A stretch of DNA of 64,000 nucleotides from Epiperipatus broadwayi (GCA_028023455.1 JAQFVV010000011.1:4216001-4280000), one strand, 5' to 3'. Positions 23,161 to 37,289 are shown, numbered from the stretch's first letter. The notes: generated from the sequence alone by a model not told the origin. Numbers and translations: made by a program.

Positions 23161-26100
23161 CTTAAAATAATTAAAATGAGTATTACGGGACTATCTCGGG
23201 AAAAATAAAATTTGAGTCAATTTAAAGTAACAACTATTTCTTTAACCTCCAATATTACTCATGATGAAATAAGATTGCATAAGATTAATAGTAGCAAAGT
23301 CTCTTTGAATAATAGCTTTATGGGGATATATATTCCACTCAAAAATGCCATATTTCTTTTAGAGATTCAAAATGACAGTGACAGTCGGAACATAAAGAAA
23401 ATATCAGTATCATTCCTCTCACTTAGTAATGAAATAGTAGAAAGATTATAAACAATGGTCTCTTTGACATATTAAGAAAAATAATCTTCCTTGGTAGCAA
23501 ATTATATGACAAGATGTTGCTATATACTTTTTTTTTGCTATTCAATTGGCAACTTATGATATTTTTTTAAATTTCTAGTAAAAGTATATGAAAAAAAATT
23601 AACAAAATTAGATGACTGAGAGCAAAAAATCATTAATATATGCAATATATAAAAAAAATTTATTTGAAATATGAAGCCTATGTTTAAAAAAAGTTATAAA
23701 AAATTGAAACCTGTATTTCTGATGTTTTTTAAAATATTAAATACTGGCATTTAAGGTCTCAGAAATGTAGACCTGACTAATATGTAGGGTAAAGATATTA
23801 TTTTTTAGGAGCTTTTTTGTAATTGTCTAATTTGTAATAAACTTCTAGTTACAAAAAACAGGAATTGGATAATAAATCTCTGTGATATCGAGGTGAATAA
23901 ATTTCATTTATTCAGAATGGACACTTAAATAATTGTGAAAAAAATAGGCACTGATAGTAAATTCACTGATCAACACTTTATAATTGATTGTACTTTAAGA
24001 TTGTTATTTATGGTCAAGTATTAGCCTTACAAAAAATAATAGATGGAAAAACATTTATTCTTGCTTAGATATCAACTTGCATATCAGCTAGAGACCTTAC
24101 TAGATGTACATTTATATGTTTCTAGGAAATGTATTATTGAAATATGAAATGAAGTGTTTATTATTTTCAAAGAAAATAGTTCAACAATGAAGTTTGTACA
24201 CATTTTTTCTTCTGCTAATCATTATGTATGTTTTTATAACAACAAATCACAGTTTCATCACTGACTAAATGTAGAGTTTTATTCAATATTAAACTTTATA
24301 AAAAATCAGAAACAATAGTATTTTTAAAAGTATATTAAACTGTGAAGCATTCCATGTATTTATTAAAAAAATTAGAAATATTTTTGTCATTCTTTAGCAA
24401 CATGAAGACATCAGAATTTTTATACATTTTTGCTGATCCTCAAATTTTCGGAAGAATTTTCATGTCAAATACAATTTAACTAATTGTATAAAATCCATTG
24501 CTTTCTCTTTTTCAAAGTCAAAATCAAATCCAAACTTCATTTTTTTAAAAATGTCATCAGCTTGCAATCAAATCCTGTAAAACCATTTGCATTGTGGGGT
24601 AAAATATAATGGTCGACAGCTTACATTTTCTCAGCATTACTTTAAAGCATAAATAACTATTATTTTCAATAATATTTTTAATACTATATTTTGAATTTGT
24701 TATAAAATTCTAAACTGTGTTGTAGAAAATCATTGTACTAACTAAAACAACATCATACAAAGTTTATAGTTTATTTTCACTTCAGTGAGAATCTTTACAA
24801 TTAAGGCAAACTTGTTTGTTCTCTTTTTTTTGTTTGTTTTAATGCCCCTCATATAGTTTGTCCTGATATGTTATAAGGAACCAGAATAGCTTATTAAAAA
24901 TTAAAAAAAATAAAGGTAGTTGTTCCAACTGTGTCAAATTCTTTATTTTATATATTTTTAAAATGTAAATTTTGTTAAATACCATGGTAAATTTTTTAAA
25001 ATTACTTTGAAATATTGGCGGAGAGCAGAAACAAAAAAATTATCAGCCTGGCAACATTATATTTCATTATTTTTGTAAACAACAGTGCCATCAAGCGGCC
25101 GCATGACACGATCAGAACAACTACCAAAAAAAAAAAAAAAATAAGCTGCACATATTTTATCAATTTTATCCAAATGCTTCCCCACATTAAATCACCCAAT
25201 TAAATTTTATTGTCTTTTTTATTTTAAGCATATAATGCTTTTGCTTATTTCACTTAGTTTTAAATCCAAACTGAATAACATGAAAAGTTTTAGATATGCT
25301 AAAATTCCTAGCAGATCTATTTGCTTATACAGGAGCCTGTTTTCATTATGATTACGATATATTAGGCTCCATAGCTTGATTAAATAAGTTAATACTTTAT
25401 ATATTTGTTTCAATATGCTTAAAAGGTTTTTACACTTCTTACTTGTTTACCTCAGATAATAATAGCAGAATAGCCATTTATCAGTTGATAACTGGATGCC
25501 TACCTACTTGAAAAGAAAAAAATCTTGAAACTTGCTTGAAAATCCTCAACTTCAGGAAAAAAAAATTGAGTTTCAGATTCAAATCCTATGATGTGAATCA
25601 TGGCACATGGATGCACTAATTAACATTGCTAAGAAGTCCTTCAATGAAATAAAGAGTTATTGCAGAATTTGTGAATATTATACCTCATTAAAATGGATAT
25701 GGTTTAATGATATGATCTTAGAAAGAAGTGGCCAGCAATAGTACATTGTCAGTGATGATGATCAGATGTACCAATGACCTGATATAGCGAGAATATTACA
25801 CTCAACCTGCTCATTGTCAGGCAGGGAGTTAATATTATTGGATATATATATAGATAGACTTTAGCATTAATACTTATTGAGCTATAATTTAAAGTGAATT
25901 GAATTTTCATGAAATAAATGTTTTTTTAAAACTTATTTTATTTGGAGTAAAAAACAAAAACACTTTTTTATCACATTACCAAAAAATACAAAATCATTTT
26001 ATTATTGTCATATGGTTATACAAAAGAGACATCTTGATAAGATTCATATAAGGAATAAAAACCTGGTTTGGTATTTTAAATAAATTTCATTTATTTTTAA

Positions 26101-26769
26101 GTTATCACTTTTGTTTAAGATTAATATTTTAAATTGTATAATATACTATAGGTCTATGGTTTTTTTTTTTTATTACTAAAAAGGATACTTTGTATCATAC
26201 TAAATCTTTAAACAGGTAAGTTCAGTAATAGAGCACTAAATAAATAAAAAAAAACAACATTTAAATATGTTGGCATTGTGCAATACATGGTTCTATTTTT
26301 AAAATTATACATGCACTATTTTAATGGATTTTTGATAATACACACTGAATATTTGAGTCATATATTGGTCAACAATTAGGTCACTCCCTGTATTTGCTTA
26401 CATTTGTTTGTATTATTATTGGGCAGTTTTTTTTTTAAACATTATATATACTTTTTACATATTTTGAATTGTATATATAATATTTTTTTGTGTTGTTCAA
26501 TGACAAGCGTACTTAGTGCTTGTGATAAAAAGAGTAATCATAAATATCTTGACTCCAAATGTTTAAAATATCTTATATCTTTGATTATCCATGGATTAAG
26601 AATTTGATTTTTAAATATATTTAAATCATGTGTATATTCTAATTAGTTTGTTAAAATTAAAACTACAATTTGAAGCATCAATACTCTTTTTATGTTTAGC
26701 CTGTAGTAACGGATTTTTAAAAATATTTTTCATAATTGATAATTCTTGAGAAAATAAAGAGAGCTGAAG

Positions 26770-26860
26770 GTCGTGTGAAAGTCTGAGTTTGAATCCCTTA
26801 TATATTACATTATATATGTGCAGGTGTGTGTAAGCCTGTACAGTGGATTAACTTAATTAT
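26770..26860 (+). repeat. Fragment related to the 42905-43000 segment
   Basis: GTGAAAGTCTGAGTTTGAATCCC...GTGCAGG...AAGCCTGTAC matches the reverse complement of 42930-42990. Confidence 0.55.
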
Positions 26861-29310
26861 TAGAGAAATGTAATTTATAATTGCTACATTTTTTTTAAAT
26901 CAGTATTTATTTCAAACAATCATTCACTACATAAACAAATGGTATTAAATCTTTTTTTGTTTCTAGTTAAATAGATAATACTTTCAACTGAATACTTTTT
27001 TTTGACTTTATATTCCTCTTTATCATAAATGTATCCTATATATTTTAAGTCTAAGCTGTATATTTCTTTTTGCCATTGTATCTTTGTTTTACGGGCATAC
27101 TGCTATTATGTGCTTGATATTTAACATCCATTTTATTGCTACATGCATTTATGAGAGACCAATAATCTGACCTATTTATAGGTGATATTCGTTTTATGAT
27201 GGAAATTCAGTCTCTAAGTTGCTATTATTGTAGGGTGCTACTCCAGTCAGCATTTTTAAATGATTGCAAAGTAATTATTATTATTTTTATTATCTTTAAT
27301 TAATTAAAAAATTGTTTTTTTGTTGTCGTTTAGGTCATGACATTAGCTTTACTTCAAGAGTACTTTTGTTGTTCTTTCTCCATAGATTATAATGTAGTAT
27401 TTATAATATTACATTCCATTCTTACTCTATATATGCTTCCCCCCCCCCTTCCATCTTTAAAATTGTGTATGCTTTTTTAGAACTATTGGTCCATTTTCTG
27501 TTTATAATTTCTGTCAGAAAAGAAGTATTTGTCTATTTTAATTTCTTCTTTAATTTTTTTCAAAACTGACATATTTATTTATTTTTATTTTTTGCTAGTA
27601 ACTATATATTTTCAAAAAGCAATGAAGTATGTAAATGCAAATTAAAGTAATTTATACTGTAAGAACAGTTTTTGTCTTTAATGTCCTGTTTTTTTTTTTT
27701 AAATCTAATTTTTTCACATTATTCTTAATAAAAATTCTAAATCTAATCCTTACACTCTTGAATTTATTGCTTTTTTATTATATCTTTCTTTCTTTGTGTA
27801 AGTAACAACTGTAATGAAGTCCATAAGTCAATCAAAACTGTAGCAAATGCAGCTGTAATAAAAAGCATTGGATTTAAGTGTATAAAGATTAGACTTTTTA
27901 GATTTTGAACACATTCTATGACCATTTATATCACGACCAAACTTTCATATGTAATGTTTTTTCACCTGAGATGATGAGCTTTTTTCCAATTGCTTTTGAT
28001 TTTAGGTTTTCTTTCAAGTGTAATCATATCTGTCTTATTTATCTCTTAATTAGACTAAACTAGAATTTCAGAATTATAGATATGTTTGCCTATGAAGGTA
28101 CTGTACAAAGAATCGTAAATCTTTTTTATTAAGATTTAACATATTCAGATTATACTATGAAAGCTTAATGTTAATAATAATCAAACTTATTGCTTCAGAG
28201 TTTATAAGAAATTGCAGATATGACAAACCAAAGGCATTCCTATCCTTTAGGTTCAGAGTCCATTCTTTTATTACTGCACTTCCTATGAAATGTGATATAA
28301 TTTTAAAACAATTTTTTTTAATATATGATTCATCTAATAGAAAGTAATTAGGATTACAAATGTGATTTTTAAAATTTTTTGCTGATAAATACTTTTATCA
28401 TAAATTCACTCGTAAAAGTACTCGAGATAATATTACTGCATTTATTCAAAAGATATAACACTTTTCATATAATGATATCATAATTATTGAAAACAATCAT
28501 TATTACATTTTTTTCTAAACAAACTAATCAGTTAGATTATAAAAAATTCCATCAATGTTGTTGCTATTAAATTTAACAGAAATCTTAAGATTAAAAAAAA
28601 ACAACTGTCAGATAAATGTGTATCTTCATCAAATGAGAGAGAAAAAATTAGAACTTAAAAAGTAGATAAAAATAATTTTAATTAACATTTTTTTATATCT
28701 ATTTATATAAATTTATCACTTGGCTGGAGTATTTTCACAGGTTCTTGAATATGTTGGCAAACAAAAATTATAAACATAACTGGTTCTAATGTATATATAT
28801 GCACGCATTTGCTATCAAATGCTATATATATATACAGTATATATAAACTGTAAAAGTTTGAATTATATTGAATGTAGGTTTAAAAAAGAAAATGATGAAA
28901 CAGGTTTTAAATAGTCTACTACAGAGTGAAGATTTTTTCAACTACCTCCCATAGAGGAATAGTGGAGTATTGTTCCATCAATCTTGCCAATTGCTATGTG
29001 GTAAGGATTTTGGCAGTTTTTGTCTTTTGAAACTTTTTAATTAGTCAAGGTTCTGTTAGTTAGCTAAATTGGCTATGGAATAGCTACCTGAAACAGAAAT
29101 TCTAAAATTGTTTAGAACATGAAAGTCTTCAAGTACGAGCCAGCTAGGATTTGAATCTTAAGTCATGAGTAATGCAGAAGAGGGTATCACCGCGCATTTT
29201 TTTTTAAATACTGTATATAAATATGATTGTGCTAATGACACATACACAAAACTGAATTATTTATATATTAAAATAATACAAAGTAATACAAAATAAATAT
29301 GTATAAGGGT

Positions 29311-29352
29311 GGCTGAGCGCTTTCAAGGGACATAGCCCTCATAGTCATAGCC
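29311..29352 (-). ncRNA. Degenerate hammerhead at the Penelope 3' end
   Basis: GGCT-ATGACTA-T-GAGGG-CTATGT-CCCTT-GAAA-GCGC-TC-AGCC: stems I and II and the palindromic stem III are intact; the 5' core has two substitutions. Confidence 0.55.
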
Positions 29353-31101
29353 ATATTGTAACTAACGAAACTAGTTAATTGCAATGCAAATTTATGCAAA
29401 TAACTTTGTGTATTCCATTTTTTGGATGTCTCTAGCACATGTTTTGTGTATTCCATTTTTTGGATGTCTCTAGCAATACAGCAAACCTCTTTCACTTTTC
29501 TTTTTAAGTCGTGTCATTCTCTGCAAACAACCACAGGGTCCCTTGGCTCACAATCGTGCCCTGCTGAGCTGTGATGCTGAGTGAAAACTGAGTTACAAGT
29601 TGGGTCTGTTCTTGCTTTGTTGTGAGAATATATATGTTGAGATAGCGGAGGCTCTGGTCTCACTAAAGTACGAGGCATAACAATTTGCTACAGGGCAGGC
29701 AATATTGTATACCACTTGAGGTGTTTGCGAGGGTGGTAATCTGACCTTGGGGTTATTGATTAATTTGTTGGAATGGGGGTGGGGGTGAAAGCACAAGTGG
29801 TATTTTCTTATTAAAAATAGTACAGAAGTTTTTGTGTCCACTTGGAAAGTATGGAAGTAATAGCCTTTGTTTATCAAGATTAGTTGTGTAGTTGTTTATC
29901 TTAGAGTAAAATTGCCTAATTTCATTGTCAATATGATTTTGTTTAAATCCAATATTTAATAAGTCATCTCTGTAAGAGACCCAATTGGCTTTTTTGTATG
30001 CTTCAAGCTTGCATAGCTGCATGTTTCTATATAGGAAGGAAATTAAACCAGAGAGTTTGTGGTTAGTTGGTGAGTTGGAAAGAGAATGAGAGTGACCTCT
30101 TACTTCAAGAGATTTGATGATCATTTTATAGTTGAAGTGTGTGGGTTCTCAATGTAAATCTATATCCAAATATTTTATTTGTTTGTGGCTGTTTTCATGT
30201 TCAATATTTAGAATGAGAAGTGTGCTATTTGTAGTTCAGTTCTAATTTGATCAATAATTGCAGAGAGAGGGTGTAGCTATGAAGAAGTCATCAATACATC
30301 TGGTGTAGGTAGTGGGTGTCATAATATTTTGGAATAACTTGTTTTTTGTAGTGATTCAAGACTATGCTGGATATACTGCCGCTCATAGGTAACCCCATGG
30401 GCCAACCGTCTTTCATGTGGAACCACTAGTTGTGGAAAATGGCCATGATGTTCTTGTAAGTCAAGATAAGAACTCGACAATGAAATCGATCTGAGACTGT
30501 GCCATGTTGTGGCTAGCCAGTTCTTCCTTAATGATTTCAATGGATTTTCTTCTGCAAATGGAACCGTACAATTCGGAGACAGCTATAGCAGCCATTCTCA
30601 TGTGAGGGTTCAAGGCCAAGTCTTTTATTTTTGCTATGAATTTGAAGGAGAATTTATGGTATATGTGCCAAAACTCAGGGTTTGAATAAGCTGCTTATTT
30701 ACCCACTTAGCCACGTTGAAGTAATGAATCCTCCAAGGGTCCAACATTAGTCATAGTGGCATGTTGGTTTTGTGTGTTTTTGCATTGGCAAACATCCTGG
30801 AAGGGGGGGACCAAGGCAGATGGGTGCAGTTTGTAGTATTCAGACTTGGAGCACTCAGAATGGAAGTGATGAACTTATCCTTGTTGAGTTTGTTATTGAA
30901 GTTAACAACTCTTTGAAACTGAAATTTGTTGATTGATCTTGGATATGTAATCTGAGTCTTCATTAGTACAAACCTATTATCTTTGTCTTCCAACATGCAT
31001 GTGATGTTTGCATCTTTGAGAAATTGTCTGGTTTTGGCTATTTTTGTTTGCCACAATTGTGTGTAGGTGTATAGAGATTGATGTTGTACAACTTTAACCA
31101 T
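29311..31101 (-). mobile_element. Decayed Penelope-like element (RT + GIY-YIG endonuclease + terminal hammerhead relic)
   Basis: Motifs in order: EDKDNRFVLM (ADKGN), KTHKTNMPL (KxHKxxxPLR), G-PMGLPMSG, TYTRCIDDFFI (YxDD), EHENSHKQIKYLDI, LLLPY, VVYNIACPVANCYASYFSET (GIY-YIG) and GHDCEP...KRKVKE. It has many stops and frameshifts and a 38-bp tandem duplication at ~29404-29475. Confidence 0.9.
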
Positions 31102-31357
31102 TTGAGTAATATATAAATACTGTTTGTAGGTTTTTTTTTTTTTTTTTCAAAATACATTTAAAAATAATAAGCCTTTACTTATTTAAATTTGAATTTCCAT
31201 CCTGTTAAGCAGCATATACAAACTATTTGTAAAACACATATATTTTTTCATTTATAAGTAACCATAAACTATAAGTATACAAATAAACTACTGCATTCTG
31301 TTTTTTCTTTGAAATGGAAAGTATTGATTATTACAATTATAGTTAACGTATCAGCGA

Positions 31358-31936
31358 AATCACATGATCACCATTTCCTATGCTTTCACAAGCTGTTAAA
31401 ATTGTAGCAAACTCTCCATACAGTAGTGCAAGCCATAGTAATCACTGGGTGGCACTATTGTGCGGAGATTTTGCTATTGTTTTAACTGTTGGTATAAGCA
31501 TTGGAAATGGGCATCATGTGACGTTTAGTATTTCAATACCAATCCTGCCATGGAATGATGGTAACTATGGTTTATTGAAGAACTGATGGCACCAAAATGT
31601 ATAAGTAATGAACTGAGTTCAGATCTGTACGACTAGACAAGTGAATGAGCTTGGATTGTAAACACTGTTGTGTTTTTTATTTTGGACTCGTAGCTTTCTA
31701 GTTAACTAAAAAGATCAAAGGTGACTAATGGAAGGATGCATTAGATCCTAAGATCTAAGTGCAGTACTCTCAGATTCAAAGCTTACCACTGATGAAGCCA
31801 CAAGCTAGAAACTAATCTGGGAATGTTGGATGTATTATGCATTAGATAGAGATTTTATGCACAAATTTTTTTTTATCCATTGATTACTATGGCTTGCACT
31901 AGATGGCTTACTACATGCAGAGTTTGTTACCGTTTT
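31358..31936 (+). mobile_element. RZ1 copy longer than one unit (~454-nt period) with inverted 5' segment
   Basis: The terminal block GGCACTA..GAGA(G)TTTTGC occurs at ~31451 and ~31905; 31358-31444 is its inverted copy. The hammerhead at 31774-31831 has an intact core and an AUC triplet. Confidence 0.85.
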
Positions 31937-33059
31937 ATTTCAACAAAATCTTAATAGATATCTTAACTACAAAAAAAATTGCAAAGAAAGCTTGAAAAAT
32001 TAAAATTAAAACTGAAAGTGAAGAGGATAAATAATAATTGTATAAATAAATTGCCATTGACATATTTAAATCCTTTTATTAATCAATATCTAAAAATTTA
32101 AAATTTTTAAATTCAAAATTACATATCGAATGCACAAATATTTCAAATATATAAATATGTTAATACATTTATGTATTGTATTAATTCATTCAATATATTC
32201 TTATCTCTGGAAACTGTAGGTTTACTTCTATCAGCATATTGCTTCTATAAACACTTTTTTTTTTTTGCTTCTTTCATTAAAATATATACTGTAAATTATA
32301 TTCAAATAACAAGAACCTTGAATATAACCTTAATGCTAATGTTATATTCAAAATAAAAGAGGAAATATGAACTATTATATTTATTTTCTCATGTAAAAAG
32401 CATTGCATTTCAATCAGAATTCTCGTAGTTTATTAAATATGTACACCGAAATTCATTTAATAATAACTAGAAAAACAATAAATTTCAGTATATATATTTC
32501 AATAGTAAGCAAAAGAATGTTTTTGCACACTTTTAATAATAAATATATACCTCTATCCAATTTAGTGAAATCAAAATAGTTCTTTGCGATTTTAAAAACG
32601 GAAAGCCTGCAGGTTTTAGTGAGATACACAGGCATCTTTTAAAATATAAAGATATGTTAGCTTCAAAAATATTGATCTTTAGGAATATATGAACTCATGA
32701 AATTATTCTATTGTTACATATTAAATTTTAATTATAAATATGCCTAAAATACTATAATTAATGTATTTGGAAAGATAATTTTAAAATGTGTAGTAAATAT
32801 AGTCATTATCACATCTGGATTCCTAATTATTTTGAGCATATTTATACTTAAGTGTATGTGAGAATGTTTATGTGTCTTTGTGTATACCCATATAAGTAAT
32901 TAGATGTGTGCATGTAGACATGCTTTATTCACTCATTAGAATTAATAATTTTTTTCTTAATTAAACTGGAGATTTACTGGAAATATACATAGGTAAATAT
33001 TTGTGTATCTGTTTTTTTAAAAAAAATATTTTTTGTTGTTGTAGAAATAAAAAATAAAT

Positions 33060-33175
33060 GCTAATGGTTTTATTGCTCAGGAATTCATAAGAAGTTTAAG
33101 TGGCAAAACTGGGAGAAACGATCCTGTTACCCTCTGATTTCATATCAGACACACTCTACCAACTACACCAAATCA
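33060..33175 (-). mobile_element. Short tRNA-derived SINE copy
   Basis: Shares ATGGTTTTATTGCT...TTCATAAGAAGTTT with 23030-23160. Confidence 0.55.
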
Positions 33176-34659
33176 TGTAATGTGTTGTTGAAATAAAGAT
33201 GTGTAAAGAGTTTTAGATATAATAGACATTTGACTAAACCTTTTAATAAAAAGTTCTTATAACTTGTAGGAGTCTTCAAGATATTGATATTAAAATATGA
33301 TCAGCCTATTAGTGAATTTGATTTTTAATACTTAGTATTTTGTTTATTAAATTTTACTCTTTTTTTTAAGAATCGGCTTTTTTTTTTAAGGTGTGTAAGG
33401 GTCGAGTATAGTTGAGCAGTAGGACATTTTAAGCCAATAAAACAGAGAGTAGATCTTACTTTTGATTAAGTGGAGAGAAAACGATTATTTTCTATGCCAA
33501 GTGAAAAACCAAATTATTAACTTTTAGTAATTAGATAAATAATATTTCTTTAGCATAAAAACTGTTCATGGTCTTTTGCACTCTCATTTTGTTGAGATGA
33601 TTGAGTTCATGTTATGTTTGGTCACCCTTATTTTTTTTTTATCTTTAAAAATTTCAAGAAAACAAACCAAAAGGATTATATTTCATTAATTAGTTATTTT
33701 AAAGTACAGCGATGATTTACGAAAAGTTGTCCAGTATATTCAAGTTTAAATATTGTTATAAAATAGGACATTTTATCGAGTAAAATTTTGAAAATGAGAT
33801 GAAAATGTCAAAAGAGTTTTTAAATATTAAATAGTTATCTCTATCATACTATTGAGCCAGGTTAAATAATGAATGGGGATGTCCATGCCAAAAAAATCCC
33901 AGCCTCTAGTAGTGTGAACATAGTTGTTCCTGAAAGTATATGTGAGATTATATGATGCTGTTGGAATTAAATAACAAGTAACTAAAAGGAGAAATGATTT
34001 TTTTTAGTGAATATCTCTGTGGTTCGCTAACTTACTTGCTCTATATTACGAAACCATTTGTGATCAATATATCTTAATTAATAGATTATGTTATCTGAGA
34101 ACTGTTTCATCACAATATTCACAAGATCAAACTGATTAATAGCTGTTTTTGCTTCATTCATAAATATATAAGCAATCAAACATACTAATAACTACTTTTA
34201 TTTTAGTCATTTTTTCAATACTACAACTGAGCTTGCTTTCGGTGTGGAATACCATAATCGTAACTCTCAATATGTGCATTCTCATAATATACATATATTA
34301 TTGCTAAATTCTACCAAACTTGCACTGTTCAAGTTAATATGAAAAGTAGAACAAAATTAATATGAAAGTTTAAATGGATTTAGCCAGCTTTTGGCAAATT
34401 GCTGCTAGAATCATAATGCTAAATAGAGCAATCTGCCAATAGCTGGCTCAGTGCATTTAAGACTTTCATATTTTATTTTACCATTTCATATTAACTTGAA
34501 TAGTAAAAGTTTGGTAGAATTACATAATTGTGTGAAAAGTATATATACTATTGAGAATTGCAAACATACACTATATTATATTTGTTTTATTAAGAAAAGA
34601 ACATGTAGTAGCTTTTCTATAATGTGTATAAAAGTTATATATAGAGCTTGAAAAATAGG

Positions 34660-34760
34660 CTCTTAATAAGCTTTGCAGAATATCCTCAATCCCAGGCCGG
34701 TTCCTGCTACTGGCGTCATCATACAAGCTTATTAAATTAGGTCATGTGACATCTGACTTG
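34660..34760 (+). repeat. RZ2/RZ3-related fragment
   Basis: AAGCTTATTAAATTAGGTCATGTGACATCTGACTTG matches 56245-56283 and the RZ2 terminus. Confidence 0.55.
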
Positions 34761-35685
34761 GATTTTTTTTTGTAATGTGTATAAAAGAAATGATTTTATG
34801 GGTTTACTTTAAATTATTTGTTCAACCATTTCTTAATTATATAATTAATGCATTCCTCAAAATTTTGCATAACTTAATACATGTGTAAATCAAAAATAAT
34901 TGTCTTTATTGCTTGATATTTTAAAAAACATATCTTTTTTTCTTGGATATATTTATCAAATTCCTATATTGCAAACAGTTTTATAAGCCTATATTATTTG
35001 GAATATAATGGATACTTTGTAATTACCATTTTTAAAATAATGATTGTAAATGTAAATGTTTTTTGAATTTAGTTAAGTAGGAAACTATGTGTATTATAGA
35101 AACTGAAATTCTTGACTTTTTAAAATTATTCTGACTTGCTGATATTTTTATCGATATTTTTTGTTTGATTGTGCTAAAATTTTCCAACTGTCATTTAATG
35201 ATAAAAACAAATTCTGGCTGCTAAATGCATCCTGATTCATAGTCTTTCTGTTAGTAGTTCCTTTATAAAATTGATGCACATCTCTAATTTGAAACCATTG
35301 CTATTAAAATTAATAAAGATAGATACAATAGAATTCTAATCATTTGATCTTGTTTTATACGTCATTGTCCTTCATCTATTAAATGACTAATTCTACATTG
35401 ACACACATGGGCTAATATCAAGATGAGTACCACCAATACTTTTTATTTTTTCAATAATTTTCAGATTTTAGTTTAATTTTATAATTAAATTGTTTAATAT
35501 AGATTGCCATTAAATTAAAATCCGTTTCCAGGACTTTTTTGAATTTATGAATATTTCAGATTTTAATAATACTGCCATCCCCAATGCATTATTTTTGAAA
35601 ATTTAAACATTAATTTTACTATCTATAGTTTTGTATAAATATATAAATATTTTTTTTATATTATATATATTTATTAATACTATTA

Positions 35686-36130
35686 GTAATAATAACAAGT
35701 CAGATGTCACATGACTTATATATAGCTTGCACTTACAAATATGTAAAATTAAGAGTGTGCTAATAGCTCTAAACAAGCTTTTTTTTTTATTTATGATAAA
35801 TGCTACTACAAGAGAAGACATTCAAATCATTTTTATCTTGGATTGTCCCCATCCCCAGACCGGTTTCGACCTATGGGTCTCTTCAGTGAGGAGTTGGGAC
35901 ATTAGATTTAAAAAACCAACTCAAGCAAAGCATTTATCTAAAAGTTAATTGTTAGAAGAAGATCTGAAACTTTTAGACATCTACATGTCTTTAAAGTCAG
36001 CTCTCCAACTGAAAAAATCATATGGGCCTGAACTTAATTCAGATACTCCATATATTAGTAGGCTTAGCCCTTTAATTTAGCTAAAGCCACAACAGCAAAA
36101 TAATAATAGTAATAATAACAAGTCAGATAG
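35686..36130 (-). mobile_element. RZ2 hammerhead element, one unit (~422 nt) plus terminal redundancy
   Basis: AGTAATAATAACAAGTCAGAT occurs at ~35686 and ~36108; about 95% identical by eye to 57606-58106. Confidence 0.88.
35844..35901 (-). ncRNA. Type I hammerhead ribozyme (RZ2), intact
   Basis: TGTCCC-AAC-TCCTCA-CTGAAGA-GACC-CATA-GGTC-GAAA-CCGG-TC^TGGGGA-TG-GGGACA; predicted cleavage between 35858 and 35857. Confidence 0.92.
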
Positions 36131-36618
36131 AACATACTTATCATTATATCAGCACAATTTTTATATAATTGTAATTATAAATAATAAATCAAAACAATAC
36201 TTTGTAATTTTGTCTAGAAAATAGTTTTTGAATTAGTAGTGTTTAGATTAGATGGTAGTGACTAAAAATCATATATAGTAGTTTAATTTTGAATAAATTA
36301 TTACACACATTTTTAAAAATAAATTTAAAAAATAAACACAGCTGTGAATTTGTGTTTTATAGTTCTCAGTGTGTCATTTTTAGCTTTGAGACTGATTGGT
36401 TGATTTTTCAGTTGATTTTTTTTTTTATGTTTTCCTACAAAACTGTGATCCTGTCAGTTAAATACAAAAAAAAAAAAATGAAAAGAAATTATAATAAGAG
36501 CAATTTTTAGTTACTAAATATTAAATTATTTAATAAACTTTAACTACCAAATTTTTATTTTACTTGTTTATGAAAATAATATGTTGCTATAAAAAGACAT
36601 TTTTAATACAATACTCAG

Positions 36619-37184
36619 ATTATTAATACAGATGGAAACATAATGGAGGAAATTAATCATAGAATTAAACTTGGTTGGAATGCTTTTGGTAGAAATAACT
36701 TGATACTAAAAGGAAATATGCCTATGTGTTTGAAACAGAAGGTTTTTAACAAATGTGTTTTACCAGTTCTTACTTATGGATCTGAGACTTGGACACTTAA
36801 TAGAAGAGCAATACAGAGACTTCAGACCACTCAAAGAAGTATGGAAAGATTTATGTTGGGAGTAACAAGAAGAGATCGAAAACGCAATGTATGGGTAAGA
36901 GAACAAACAGGTGTTACTGACCTCATTGAAAAAATTAAGATTGAAGTGGAGTTGGGCTGGACATCTCGCTAGAAGAGATAATAGATGGACAATTGAAATT
37001 TTAAACTGATTCCAAGAGATTGTAAAAGACTCGGAAAGAGACCACATGTGAGATGGATGGATGAAATAAGAAAGTGTGCAGGGGTGATGTGGAGAAGAGA
37101 AACTAAAGATCGAAGAAGATGGATTAAACTTGGAGAGACCTTCATCCTGCAGTGGATTGATAATGATTGATGATGATGATGATG
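36619..37184 (+). mobile_element. 5'-truncated RTE LINE (RT C-terminus, (TGA)n tail)
   Basis: ORF MEEINHRIKLGWNAFG...CVLPVLTYGSETWTL; TGATGATGA tail; possible 6-bp TSD ACTCAG. Confidence 0.92.
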
Positions 37185-37289
37185 ACTCAGTACCACTACA
37201 AATTGCATATATCACAGTTATCAAAATTATTTATTTTATTGGATGTTAATGTGAAGTATATAAAATATATTCTCAGTAACTATAAAATA

